DNA of 23,440 nt, taken from the UHGV virus genome UHGV-0099579, one strand, 5' to 3'. Under the pieces are notes generated by a model, which searched no databases, had not been told where the DNA came from, and was given only the letters and a program-made list of their open reading frames with translations. Positions 16,227 to 23,440 of the stretch are shown piece by piece. Origin of the DNA: a virus. The translations under genes were made by a program, and so were the position numbers. The first letter of the stretch is position 1. Every line of letters begins with the position of its first letter.

Positions 16227-16460
16227 TTAATGCAGCCAGCTATCGTCCTCCCATACCTGCTGCATGATTTCCATTACTCGTTTTTTATCTTCGTCCAGTT
16301 TCAAACCGCTTAGTTCAACGCCATTAGCGGAGCCCTTGCGAATTCGGATAGCAGTCTTTGGGTAAATAGGTTGAAGATTGCGGTACAGTTCAGCCTCAAG
16401 TGCATCCAATGTTGCCTGACTAATTTTTTGCTCTTTATCCAGCGTGATATTGATTCTCAT
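16227..16460 (-). CDS. DinI-family protein (DNA-damage-inducible protein I-like; possibly the C-terminal module of a Tum-type antirepressor), 77 aa
   Basis: MRINITLDKEQKISQATLDALEAELYRNLQPIYPKTAIRIRKGSANGVELSGLKLDEDKKRVMEIMQQVWEDDSWLH matches the DinI pattern (MRIxVTxxK...LxxALxxEL...ILQETWE); downstream of a LexA box. Confidence 0.8.
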   Translation of the reverse strand: MRINITLDKEQKISQATLDALEAELYRNLQPIYPKTAIRIRKGSANGVELSGLKLDEDKKRVMEIMQQVWEDDSWLH

Positions 16461-16463
16461 AAT

Positions 16464-16646
16464 CTAATCAGCCTTATAAAAATTATCATCTTCGGTTTCG
16501 TTATTTTCGCTGTTTGCTAGGTCTGCAATGAGAGTGAGCGCGAGCTTTAAGTCTGATGGCTTGCAGTTTGCAATCAGAGATACCTCGGCAATAAATTGCA
16601 CACAAGCCCACTTTTGCTGCGTTCGGCTGAAATGTTCGCCAACCAT
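16464..16646 (-). CDS. Hypothetical protein, 60 aa; first gene of the LexA-regulated operon, possibly the N-terminal part of a Tum-like antirepressor
   Basis: GGGAGGG RBS; ATG 22 bp downstream of the LexA box; in the same frame as the DinI-like ORF, separated only by TAG plus one codon. Confidence 0.5.
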   Translation of the reverse strand: MVGEHFSRTQQKWACVQFIAEVSLIANCKPSDLKLALTLIADLANSENNETEDDNFYKAD

Positions 16647-16665
16647 GAAATCCCTCCCAAAGGGT

Positions 16666-16685
16666 TACTGTATATTTATACAGTA
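16666..16685. promoter_or_regulatory. LexA operator (SOS box) of the tum-like operon
   Basis: tactgtatatttatacagta matches the SOS box consensus TACTGTATATATATACAGTA at 19 of 20 positions (CTGT-N8-ACAG intact); located between the A stop and the first ORF of the operon. Confidence 0.8.
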
Positions 16686-16759
16686 GCACGTATTAGCAAA
16701 AGATGGGAAGAAAAAATACGAATAGAGCGATTGCTGTATGTGCATGATATGGATATGAA

Positions 16760-18982
16760 TTACTCATGTATTGGTTTTGATGCTTCAGCCATCGCCGCAA
16801 CACGATTAAGGATTTTCCGAGCTTTAGCCTCATGCGATGGTGCTGCGGAAAATATTTCTCCTTTGGCCGTTCCGCGTAGCCATTTACCATCAAAACAACT
16901 TTTACCACCGGCCATCAGGTGCAGGGCTTCGCCCCGGCTGATATTAATGCCGGTTGTCAGATGTATCTCATCGATAGTTTTAGCTATAGCTGCGTTTTGC
17001 TCATCCGTTCCGTGGATGAATTTTCGCCGTACTGCTGGCTTTTGCTTCCTGAGTCGGTTGGTCAATTCTCGTCTTTCACGCCGACTCAGTGGTTTTGTTA
17101 AATCCAGTATCGGTGGATCGCTTTCGCTTCCCGTACAGTTATTGACAGAACTCCGAGGGACGGCTTTGCCGTCCTGAAGGTCAACGGCCAAATCAACAGC
17201 ACGCTTCGGAACAATCTTCCACTGAGTGAGCCGGGTTAAAATCGGGCTTCCTGCACCTATGGAGGAATCGTAGACCCCCTTAATACATACCGTTTCCTCA
17301 CCGTACTGATTAAGCTCGGTACGCGGTTCATACAGTGTGCGCACCTGTAAATCATCGCGACGGACAAACGGCCCACCCTGAGCATTAACATAACCAGCCC
17401 AGTCACCAGCGTCGGCGGCATCATGGACGGCGGCAAACTCAACGCTCAGACCGTGCGCGGTTTCGGTATCAGCGAGGCGACGCAACTCACGGTAAACCGT
17501 CACCGGCGCACCACCAATAAACTGAAACTGACGGATGTGCCAGCGCGCAGCCCATGCTGAAACGGCGGGGGCTGTCTCTTTCAGCAGCTCACCGCTTTCA
17601 TCATCGGTTTCACCATCGAGAGCATAACCGTCGATATTTTTTGAAATGTATTTAGCAACATAGCCGGTTGCGCTGCCTTTCTCCGGGTCAATGGACTCGG
17701 CGTGGAAACGTGCTTTTTTGGATTTATCGCTTTTCAGTTCGTGGCGGTCTTCTTTCCATGCGTATTTACGGACGATGGAGCGAACATATTCAACATCTTC
17801 CGGCAGCATGAACATCAGCATGTGCCAGTGTGGAGTGCCGTCGTGATGGGGCTCGGCGACACGAATACCGAAAATACGGACATCTTCCCGATGTAGTTTG
17901 GCACGGATACGCGCCCAGATACCGGTTAGATAGTTTTGCGTGTCAGCCGGGCTGGCACCGCTCCATTTGCTGTTACGGTAACCGGCTTTAGTCGTGGCGT
18001 GATATTTTGACGGCGCGGTTAGAGTGTAAAACTCACCGACATAACCGAGCTCATTACAGATGTTTTCAAACCCACGAATGCGGGTCATGAGCTCACAGCG
18101 GCGAATCGCAGGGTTAGCAACTGAGCCATCATATTTTTCAATTAGGCTGATACGGTTGCCGTCTTCGTCTTCGAGATCCAGACCTTTGAGAAATTCACGA
18201 GTGCGGCGCTTTTGTTCACGCCAGTCAGTCACGCAGTTTTTACTCGCGTAAGTGTTTTTTTTCTTACTGACGTTGCCGACTGCAATTTGCAGGTGTTCGC
18301 GCCACGTAGCTGCAACACGGCGCAAACGACCGCGCCACCACCCATCGTTAAACATTTTGGCGATAGCCGGTGCGATTTCATCCGCACCGACATATTTTTT
18401 TTCAACCCGCTCCCAATGTGGTGGGATAACGTTGAATTGGAGGGAAATAAAGCCAGCACGAATATACCAGGTGTACAGCGTTTTAAGCTCGCCGAATCCG
18501 TGGTCATTAATGTTGGCAAGTTCACCACGAATGAAATTAGCAATATCAGCGGCCAACAGGTCAACATCAGCGCGCGACATGTCCGGGAGACGGTTATATT
18601 GGGCGACCATATTAACCATGCGTGATGACAGATATTGCATTTGCTGAGTATCAAAATGACTTCCAAAAACAGCGGTTGATACCTTGCTGTTGATACCAGC
18701 GCATTCGTATTTTTTTGCGACCAGTTCAAGACGCGGCAATGCCTTTTTGCAGAAGCTGATTAAAAATGCATTGGCTCGTTGACTACCCTGATTTTGCTCC
18801 AGCACCGCAGCAGTGCGATAAACATCTAACCGCACGCAGTCGGGCTGGAGAGAAAGCACCTTTTTTGCATGCAGCAAAGCCGCGAACATACGGTCGCGGC
18901 GATGCTGTTGCTCATAAGTAAGGTATGGGCTGGAGATTGCCGACCGTGGGACGTTCCACGGATAAGCGAATTGAACAGCCAA
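16760..18982 (-). CDS. Replication initiation protein (P2 gpA-like rolling-circle nickase), 740 aa
   Basis: ORF translation with HHDGTPHWHMLMF and GYVAKYISKNIDGYAL motifs typical of gpA; the ORF-track start codon is TTG with a GGGGGG RBS, and there is no in-frame ATG upstream. Confidence 0.95.
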   Translation of the reverse strand: MAVQFAYPWNVPRSAISSPYLTYEQQHRRDRMFAALLHAKKVLSLQPDCVRLDVYRTAAVLEQNQGSQRANAFLISFCKKALPRLELVAKKYECAGINSKVSTAVFGSHFDTQQMQYLSSRMVNMVAQYNRLPDMSRADVDLLAADIANFIRGELANINDHGFGELKTLYTWYIRAGFISLQFNVIPPHWERVEKKYVGADEIAPAIAKMFNDGWWRGRLRRVAATWREHLQIAVGNVSKKKNTYASKNCVTDWREQKRRTREFLKGLDLEDEDGNRISLIEKYDGSVANPAIRRCELMTRIRGFENICNELGYVGEFYTLTAPSKYHATTKAGYRNSKWSGASPADTQNYLTGIWARIRAKLHREDVRIFGIRVAEPHHDGTPHWHMLMFMLPEDVEYVRSIVRKYAWKEDRHELKSDKSKKARFHAESIDPEKGSATGYVAKYISKNIDGYALDGETDDESGELLKETAPAVSAWAARWHIRQFQFIGGAPVTVYRELRRLADTETAHGLSVEFAAVHDAADAGDWAGYVNAQGGPFVRRDDLQVRTLYEPRTELNQYGEETVCIKGVYDSSIGAGSPILTRLTQWKIVPKRAVDLAVDLQDGKAVPRSSVNNCTGSESDPPILDLTKPLSRRERRELTNRLRKQKPAVRRKFIHGTDEQNAAIAKTIDEIHLTTGINISRGEALHLMAGGKSCFDGKWLRGTAKGEIFSAAPSHEAKARKILNRVAAMAEASKPIHE

Positions 18983-18983
18983 T

Positions 18984-19205
18984 TTATACCCCCCGATAGT
19001 GTTTGTTTTTTAGCTCTGCTATTTGCTGGCAGGTTACGCAAAAAGCCACGCCCGGAATCGCAATGCGGCGAGCTTCCGGGATTGGTGTGTCACATTCCTC
19101 GCAAAGAAAACGGGAAGGTGCAGCGATACGGGTGCGTGCGTTGCTGATGTGGCGTTCGCGGTCTTCCTGCTCGCGCAGTTGTGCTAAATCCATTGCGTCG
19201 GCCAT
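18984..19205 (-). CDS. TraR/DksA-type C4 zinc-finger protein (P2 orf82-like), 73 aa
   Basis: CEEC...CVTC zinc-finger spacing in the translation; sits just upstream of A as in P2-family phages. Confidence 0.8.
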   Translation of the reverse strand: MADAMDLAQLREQEDRERHISNARTRIAAPSRFLCEECDTPIPEARRIAIPGVAFCVTCQQIAELKNKHYRGV

Positions 19206-19432
19206 TAGTGCAGCTCCTGTGATTCATTCTCAAAGCGGGTTGCTTCACGGCGCAGCAGTTCGGCAGCTTCGGTGCCGCTCATACCCTCTCTGGTAATATG
19301 AATAGCCAGCGCCTCAAGGCGGATGGAAACAGCGAGCGCGCGGTCTTTACGCTCTTCTTTTTTTGCATCGGTCAGCAATACGGCCAGCGCATCGCTATCA
19401 GTGTTAAAACTGCGGATTTCGGTATTACGCAT
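19205..19432 (-). CDS. Hypothetical early protein (P2 orf81-like), 75 aa
   Basis: ORF with strong AGGAGAG RBS; TAATG overlap with the downstream gene. Confidence 0.6.
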   Translation of the reverse strand: MRNTEIRSFNTDSDALAVLLTDAKKEERKDRALAVSIRLEALAIHITREGMSGTEAAELLRREATRFENESQELH

Positions 19433-19499
19433 AATTAACTCTCCTGCTTTCGGGCAATAAGATGCCCGGCGGGTTTACGCCATTAAATTTCTGTTTGGA

Positions 19500-19838
19500 T
19501 TAATTCGGCATGGTTAGCCGTTTGGGAAATAAGCTCACTACTGCACGAAAATGATTCATCGCTGTAATAAGCGCCTTTTTCTCGTCAGTAGTCAGCTCAC
19601 TTAATTCGAGTTCATGACGAGCCGCCGGTATTTTTGCCAGAAAGAAAATAGCGGCCAGCGCCCGATTATTTTCTTCAAATTGTGGGTCACGTTTATCGCG
19701 CATATCATCGACAAAACGTTCAACCTCTTTCCAGCTATCGCCCCAATATCTCGCGCGCAATTCGGCAACATGATTGAGACCGGCCAGACGTTCACCCGCT
19801 TTTAGCGGAACAGTCGCGGAAACAGCTTCGATAGCCAT
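19500..19838 (-). CDS. Hypothetical early protein, 112 aa
   Basis: ORF with GGGGGGGA RBS in the early operon between cII and A. Confidence 0.55.
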   Translation of the reverse strand: MAIEAVSATVPLKAGERLAGLNHVAELRARYWGDSWKEVERFVDDMRDKRDPQFEENNRALAAIFFLAKIPAARHELELSELTTDEKKALITAMNHFRAVVSLFPKRLTMPN

Positions 19839-20002
19839 GATCCCCCCCGCTTTTGAGTAGAGAGGCCAGCCAGTAAATCAGCCTGCGAGTGGCTCGGGTG
19901 CCAGCGCTTGCCGTCCTTACCTGCGATCCAGCCGTGGCCGTAGTGCATGCCGGGGCTTTGCTTAACGAGCAGAGATGCGAATGACGGTTCACTTTTCAGC
20001 AT
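19802..20002 (-). CDS. Hypothetical small early protein, 66 aa; overlaps the next gene by 37 nt in another frame
   Basis: First ATG at 20002 with GAGGTG RBS immediately after the cII stop; could be spurious. Confidence 0.3.
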   Translation of the reverse strand: MLKSEPSFASLLVKQSPGMHYGHGWIAGKDGKRWHPSHSQADLLAGLSTQKRGGSWLSKLFPRLFR

Positions 20003-20009
20003 ACGCACC

Positions 20010-20519
20010 TCAAATCAGACCAAACGATGCGCCAATACCGCTCATGGTATCGACCACGCTCGACATAGCTGGATTAGTCTGCAGACGTGCATGCAGCGCC
20101 AGAGCCGACAATGACAACATGCGAATGCCGGAGTTAACGCTTTCAATCATGTTGTGCTTACGGGCAGTGGTCAGGCGTTCATCAGATACCGCGCCGCTCG
20201 CCAGTTCGCCGAGTTCACGCATTGCGCGCATGACATAAGACTGCAATTTGTCTTTAGCCAACTCATTAACCGGCACGCATGGTAGGCAGTGAATCTGCGC
20301 TAAAAAACCATCAATGAGGGTTGAGTCTTCGGTCAGGTCAGTCAGCAGCCACAATTCAGGCGGCGTGAACTGGTGAGGCTGTTCCGGGTTGAGCTTGTTA
20401 CGTAACGTTTGAACGTTCATACCTGCACGCTCGGCCAGCTTCGCCATGTTGTGACGCTGTGCGAAAATGCGGCATGCTTCGTCATAGTGGGGATGTTTGG
20501 AAACCTGAAAATCAAACAT
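20010..20519 (-). CDS. cII: CII-like transcriptional activator for establishment of lysogeny (phage 186 CII homologue), 169 aa
   Basis: Translation from the internal ATG (GAGGGA RBS) begins MFDFQVSKHPHYDEACRIFAQRHNMAKLAERAGMNVQTLRNKL..., with an HTH motif; length and sequence agree with my recollection of 186 CII. Confidence 0.85.
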   Translation of the reverse strand: MFDFQVSKHPHYDEACRIFAQRHNMAKLAERAGMNVQTLRNKLNPEQPHQFTPPELWLLTDLTEDSTLIDGFLAQIHCLPCVPVNELAKDKLQSYVMRAMRELGELASGAVSDERLTTARKHNMIESVNSGIRMLSLSALALHARLQTNPAMSSVVDTMSGIGASFGLI

Positions 20520-20551
20520 GGTTAAATTCCCTCTAACTTGCATAATCAAAT

Positions 20552-20923
20552 TCAGTTAAGAGCGGTGCGCTGGTCGATGTAGCGACAATCAATCGCTTGT
20601 TGAGTCAGCTTATCGCGCCATGCTTTTACATTTACGAGGGTTCGGCTTCGTTTAGCAGCTTCCTCTTTGTTGGAAAAGTCTTTGGTCGGAGCTTTGAGAA
20701 GGACTCCCTCATCGAGCCATTGCCAGACCAGACGCTCGCTAACACCGCGAGTAGCGGCGAAGTCTTTCACAGTCATCGTGTCTGACATAGCGGAGCGAAT
20801 CATTGTCTGTAGAGCTGGCAGCATGGCGGTAACGATGGCATCAAACTGTGTTGGGTCTAGCAGCACAGTTTGATTTTGTGAGTTTTGCGAGTCGTGCGTC
20901 GAGATTGATTTTGCATCTGACAT
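20552..20923 (-). CDS. Apl/Cox-like excisionase and repressor of the lysogenic promoter; start uncertain
   Basis: First lytic-operon gene, divergent from cI; HTH-like segment MTVKDFAATRGVSERLVWQWLDEGVLLKAP; the 123-aa version starts at 20923 with AGGAGA RBS, but internal ATGs at 20803 and 20788 would give a size closer to known Apl/Cox. Confidence 0.6.
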   Translation of the reverse strand: MSDAKSISTHDSQNSQNQTVLLDPTQFDAIVTAMLPALQTMIRSAMSDTMTVKDFAATRGVSERLVWQWLDEGVLLKAPTKDFSNKEEAAKRSRTLVNVKAWRDKLTQQAIDCRYIDQRTALN

Positions 20924-21036
20924 ATCGCATTATCTCCTGTTGTTTGAAATGTAGTGCAGTGGTGTGCATCTTGGTCGGTGAGCACCAATATAGATCGCTA
21001 AATTTTGGTTGTAAACAAAATTCTTGTTGGTGTCAT
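20924..21036. promoter_or_regulatory. Lysis-lysogeny switch region between apl and cI (promoters and operators expected)
   Basis: Intergenic region between divergent immunity genes; repeated TTGGT/ACCAA motifs including the inverted repeat ttggtcggtgagcaccaa. Confidence 0.5.
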
Positions 21037-21882
21037 ATGTCTAAAAATGATGTTAATGCGTCTGCCGCATTGGAACGTGTCCTTTCTGCATACGGCTTTA
21101 AGCAGCAAAAGGAACTAGCCGAAAAGCTTGGCATACATGCAAACAACGTGAGTAGCTGGCTTGCTAGAAACGTAATCCCTAGCAACGTTTTCGTTGAGTG
21201 TGCTCTTGATACTGGAGCTGACCTGCGATGGCTAATTAATGGTGAGCTTGCAAATGCAAGATTTGAAGTGGTGAAAACTAAGCTTAAAGGTAAGCAACTC
21301 TATGATGAAATCATGGCAAATGGAGGGAGGGCGGTTCTGCGTCGGATTCTCGATGCGTATGGTTTTACTCTGCAAAAAGAGCTTGGAGATTTATTAGGTA
21401 TATCTTCCGGCACTATAAGCACTTGGGTTAGACGCGATTTTTTCCCCGGTGACGTGGTTGTCACTTGCGCCCTTGATACTGGCGTATCGTTAGAATGGTT
21501 ATCAACCGGAAAAGGCCAGATGCGTAACAGTAATGATGGTGAACCGGCAAATGCTTTAACGATTAGAAAGTGCCGCCTCGAGGCTGGCGAACTCAAAGAT
21601 ATCGGACGCTGGACTCCTGATATATCTATGGTTCCATCAAATACTGATGATTTAGTGTTTATTGATGGTGTGAGCACATCTTGGCTTGTTGATAGTTCTA
21701 ACTCGAAGATAGGAAATGGTCGCTGGCTTATTGGTATTGATGGCGCACTCGATGTTTTTGACGTAATCAGGTTGCCAGGCGGAAAGGTCAGGTTATCAAA
21801 TAAGTCTGCTGAGTTTGAATGTAATATTTCAGATATCACACCATCAGGTGCGGTTATTTTTACTTTGGAAAAGCATGTTTAA
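21037..21882 (+). CDS. cI: CI-type immunity repressor with two tandem N-terminal HTH domains, 281 aa
   Basis: Translation from the ATG at 21037 (MSKNDVNASAALERVLSAYGFKQQKELAEKLGIHANNVSSWLARN...CALDTGADLRWLINGE) contains a second copy of the same domain (VLRRILDAYGFTLQKELGDLLGISSGTISTWVRRD...CALDTGVSLEWLSTGKG); gene is divergent from the lytic operon and upstream of int. Confidence 0.8.
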   Translation: MSKNDVNASAALERVLSAYGFKQQKELAEKLGIHANNVSSWLARNVIPSNVFVECALDTGADLRWLINGELANARFEVVKTKLKGKQLYDEIMANGGRAVLRRILDAYGFTLQKELGDLLGISSGTISTWVRRDFFPGDVVVTCALDTGVSLEWLSTGKGQMRNSNDGEPANALTIRKCRLEAGELKDIGRWTPDISMVPSNTDDLVFIDGVSTSWLVDSSNSKIGNGRWLIGIDGALDVFDVIRLPGGKVRLSNKSAEFECNISDITPSGAVIFTLEKHV

Positions 21883-21891
21883 GGAGCAGTA

Positions 21892-22230
21892 ATGAAAAAG
21901 TTTATATTTGCGATAGTCTGCATTGCACTTTCTTCCTCAGCCATAGCCGCTGAGAAGTTTAAAGAGATAGACGGCGCTGCATATGGTGACAAGTGGCCTC
22001 TAACCTTTGAAAAGGCAAAGGTATCATGTGTTAACCGTGCTTATGCTTTTGTGTATGACATCAAAACTGATGATAGATATCCTCTGAATGGCATGGCGGT
22101 AGATGCTGTTAAATCAGGAAAGCTGGAGGGGTCTAACTTAGATGACGTATGGAAGGATGACCCTGAGTATGACGGCGTTAAAATTTCAATTTCACCGGTG
22201 ATTGATGCCGCTACAGCCCTTTGTAATTAA
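21892..22230 (+). CDS. Small secreted/periplasmic protein with signal peptide, 112 aa; cargo gene in the lysogenic cI-int operon
   Basis: GGAG RBS; N-terminal signal peptide MKKFIFAIVCIALSSSAIA followed by AEKF; two Cys in the mature part; lies between cI and int where 186/P2 have no gene. Confidence 0.7.
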   Translation: MKKFIFAIVCIALSSSAIAAEKFKEIDGAAYGDKWPLTFEKAKVSCVNRAYAFVYDIKTDDRYPLNGMAVDAVKSGKLEGSNLDDVWKDDPEYDGVKISISPVIDAATALCN

Positions 22231-22254
22231 TTTTCTTTTAGCCTCGGTATCACA

Positions 22255-23304
22255 ATGACTGTAAGTAAACAAAAAAGTGGAAAATGGTTGTGTGAACTCT
22301 ATCCAAATGGTCGAGAAGGGCGGCGTATACGTCGGCAGTTCAATACCAAAGGTGAGGCCGAGGCATTTGAAGCATTTACCAAAAGCGAGAGTGAAGATAA
22401 GCCGTGGCTCGGCAAGAAAGAAGACCGCCGACGCTTAAGCGAGATTATTCAGCTTTGGCACAATTTGCACGGTCAAGCGTTAGTCGCCAGTAAGTCGAGG
22501 TTTGCAAAGCTTCAAATCGTATGTAATGGACTTGGCGACCCGATTGCATCTCGCCTTACCGCGAAAGACTGGGCTCATTATCGTGACCGTCGATTACGTG
22601 GTGAAATAGACAATGGTTATCATAAAGACCCCTCGAAATGGATCGCCAAACCTATAACCGTCAATCGCGAACAACAATACCTAGAAGCAGTGTTTAATGA
22701 GCTCCGCCGGTTAGGGGAGTGGAGCCTACCCAATCCACTTGATGGGATCCGAGTATTCAAAGAAGCTGAGAAAGAAATGTCCTGGCTAACTTTGTCTCAG
22801 CTCCCGGAGCTGTTTCGAGCCTGCGAGCAATACGGCAAAGAAGACCTCACCATGATTGTTAAGGTGTGCCTTGCAACCGGCGCTCGATGGGGGGAAGCGG
22901 AGAGATTGACCCGACCTCAACTTTCTCCATATAAACTAACGTTCACCAAAACCAAAGGTAAGAAGAATCGCACAGTTCCTATTCCTAAATGGCTGTACGA
23001 CGAGTTGTCCGTACGTCAAGGCAGAATGTTTAAACCCTGCTATCAGGAGTTTAAAAAGATGCTCAAACTAACGAATATTGAATTGACGGAAGGGCAGAAG
23101 ACGCACGTTTTGCGTCATACTTTTGGTGCGCATTTTATGATGAACGGAGGGAATATACTGGTGCTGCAGAAAATTCTCGGACATGCCAATATTCGAGAAA
23201 CAATGAAGTATGCGCACTTTGCTCCTGACCACCTTGAACAAGCTGTAACCCTCAATCCGTTATCGCTGTATGTTGGCGACAATGTGGCGGCAGAGGTTGC
23301 ATAA
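22255..23304 (+). CDS. int: Tyrosine site-specific integrase (P2/186 Int family), 349 aa
   Basis: ORF translation with the conserved catalytic region (ARWGE..., HVLRHTFGAHF..., KILGHANIRETMKYAHF); last gene before the window end. Confidence 0.95.
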   Translation: MTVSKQKSGKWLCELYPNGREGRRIRRQFNTKGEAEAFEAFTKSESEDKPWLGKKEDRRRLSEIIQLWHNLHGQALVASKSRFAKLQIVCNGLGDPIASRLTAKDWAHYRDRRLRGEIDNGYHKDPSKWIAKPITVNREQQYLEAVFNELRRLGEWSLPNPLDGIRVFKEAEKEMSWLTLSQLPELFRACEQYGKEDLTMIVKVCLATGARWGEAERLTRPQLSPYKLTFTKTKGKKNRTVPIPKWLYDELSVRQGRMFKPCYQEFKKMLKLTNIELTEGQKTHVLRHTFGAHFMMNGGNILVLQKILGHANIRETMKYAHFAPDHLEQAVTLNPLSLYVGDNVAAEVA

Positions 23305-23440
23305 CACTGCAATTCACTGCATTAAAAATTACTTTAACTAGTTGTTTTATATGGTAAGTGTTTGTTCGCTGTGGGGTGTTAATAGGAGCGTCTTAACTAA
23401 GATTTCGCTTAAGCGACATCCTGTTAAGAAGGGCTGGCCA

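Larger units (their letters stand above)
1..23440. mobile_element. P2/186-family prophage, partial; the left edge is inside the tail fibre assembly gene and the right edge is just past the integrase gene
   Basis: Collinear set of P2-like late, lysis, head, replication and immunity genes recognised from ORF translations; tight ATGA/TAATG gene overlaps typical of phage operons. Confidence 0.9.

Noticed and set aside
1-23440. CRISPR array, insertion sequence or transposase
   Set aside because: No regularly spaced direct repeats with unique spacers and no transposase-like ORF or terminal inverted repeats were seen; the only repeats are the two 67-bp copies in the SOS operon.

Overview
This window is most of a P2/186-family temperate myovirus prophage in an enterobacterial host, read here largely on the minus strand. 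The backbone runs from tail fibre and baseplate genes through tail completion, lysis and head genes, then the terminase ATPase and portal, the cos site, a LexA-controlled SOS operon with a DinI-like gene, replication gene A, the early genes, CII, Apl/Cox, the CI repressor and the integrase. The CII homologue and the cos 19-mer point to a 186-like rather than strictly P2-like phage. All calls come from reading the sequence and ORF translations and from remembered family features; no database search or computation was run, and GC statements are by-eye estimates. Three compositionally foreign (AT-rich) cargo genes sit at operon boundaries. The strongest candidate for an undescribed system is a 405-aa AAA+ P-loop ATPase inserted between the portal gene and cos, in the interval where P2 carries old and tin. 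The second is a membrane-anchored pentapeptide-repeat protein inserted between tail genes S and V. The third is a small signal-peptide protein between cI and int. Other points worth a second look are a 67-bp stem-loop repeat pair and a 33-codon hydrophobic ORF in the SOS operon, an in-frame TAG splitting a Tum-like antirepressor, and a CI repressor with a tandemly duplicated HTH domain.
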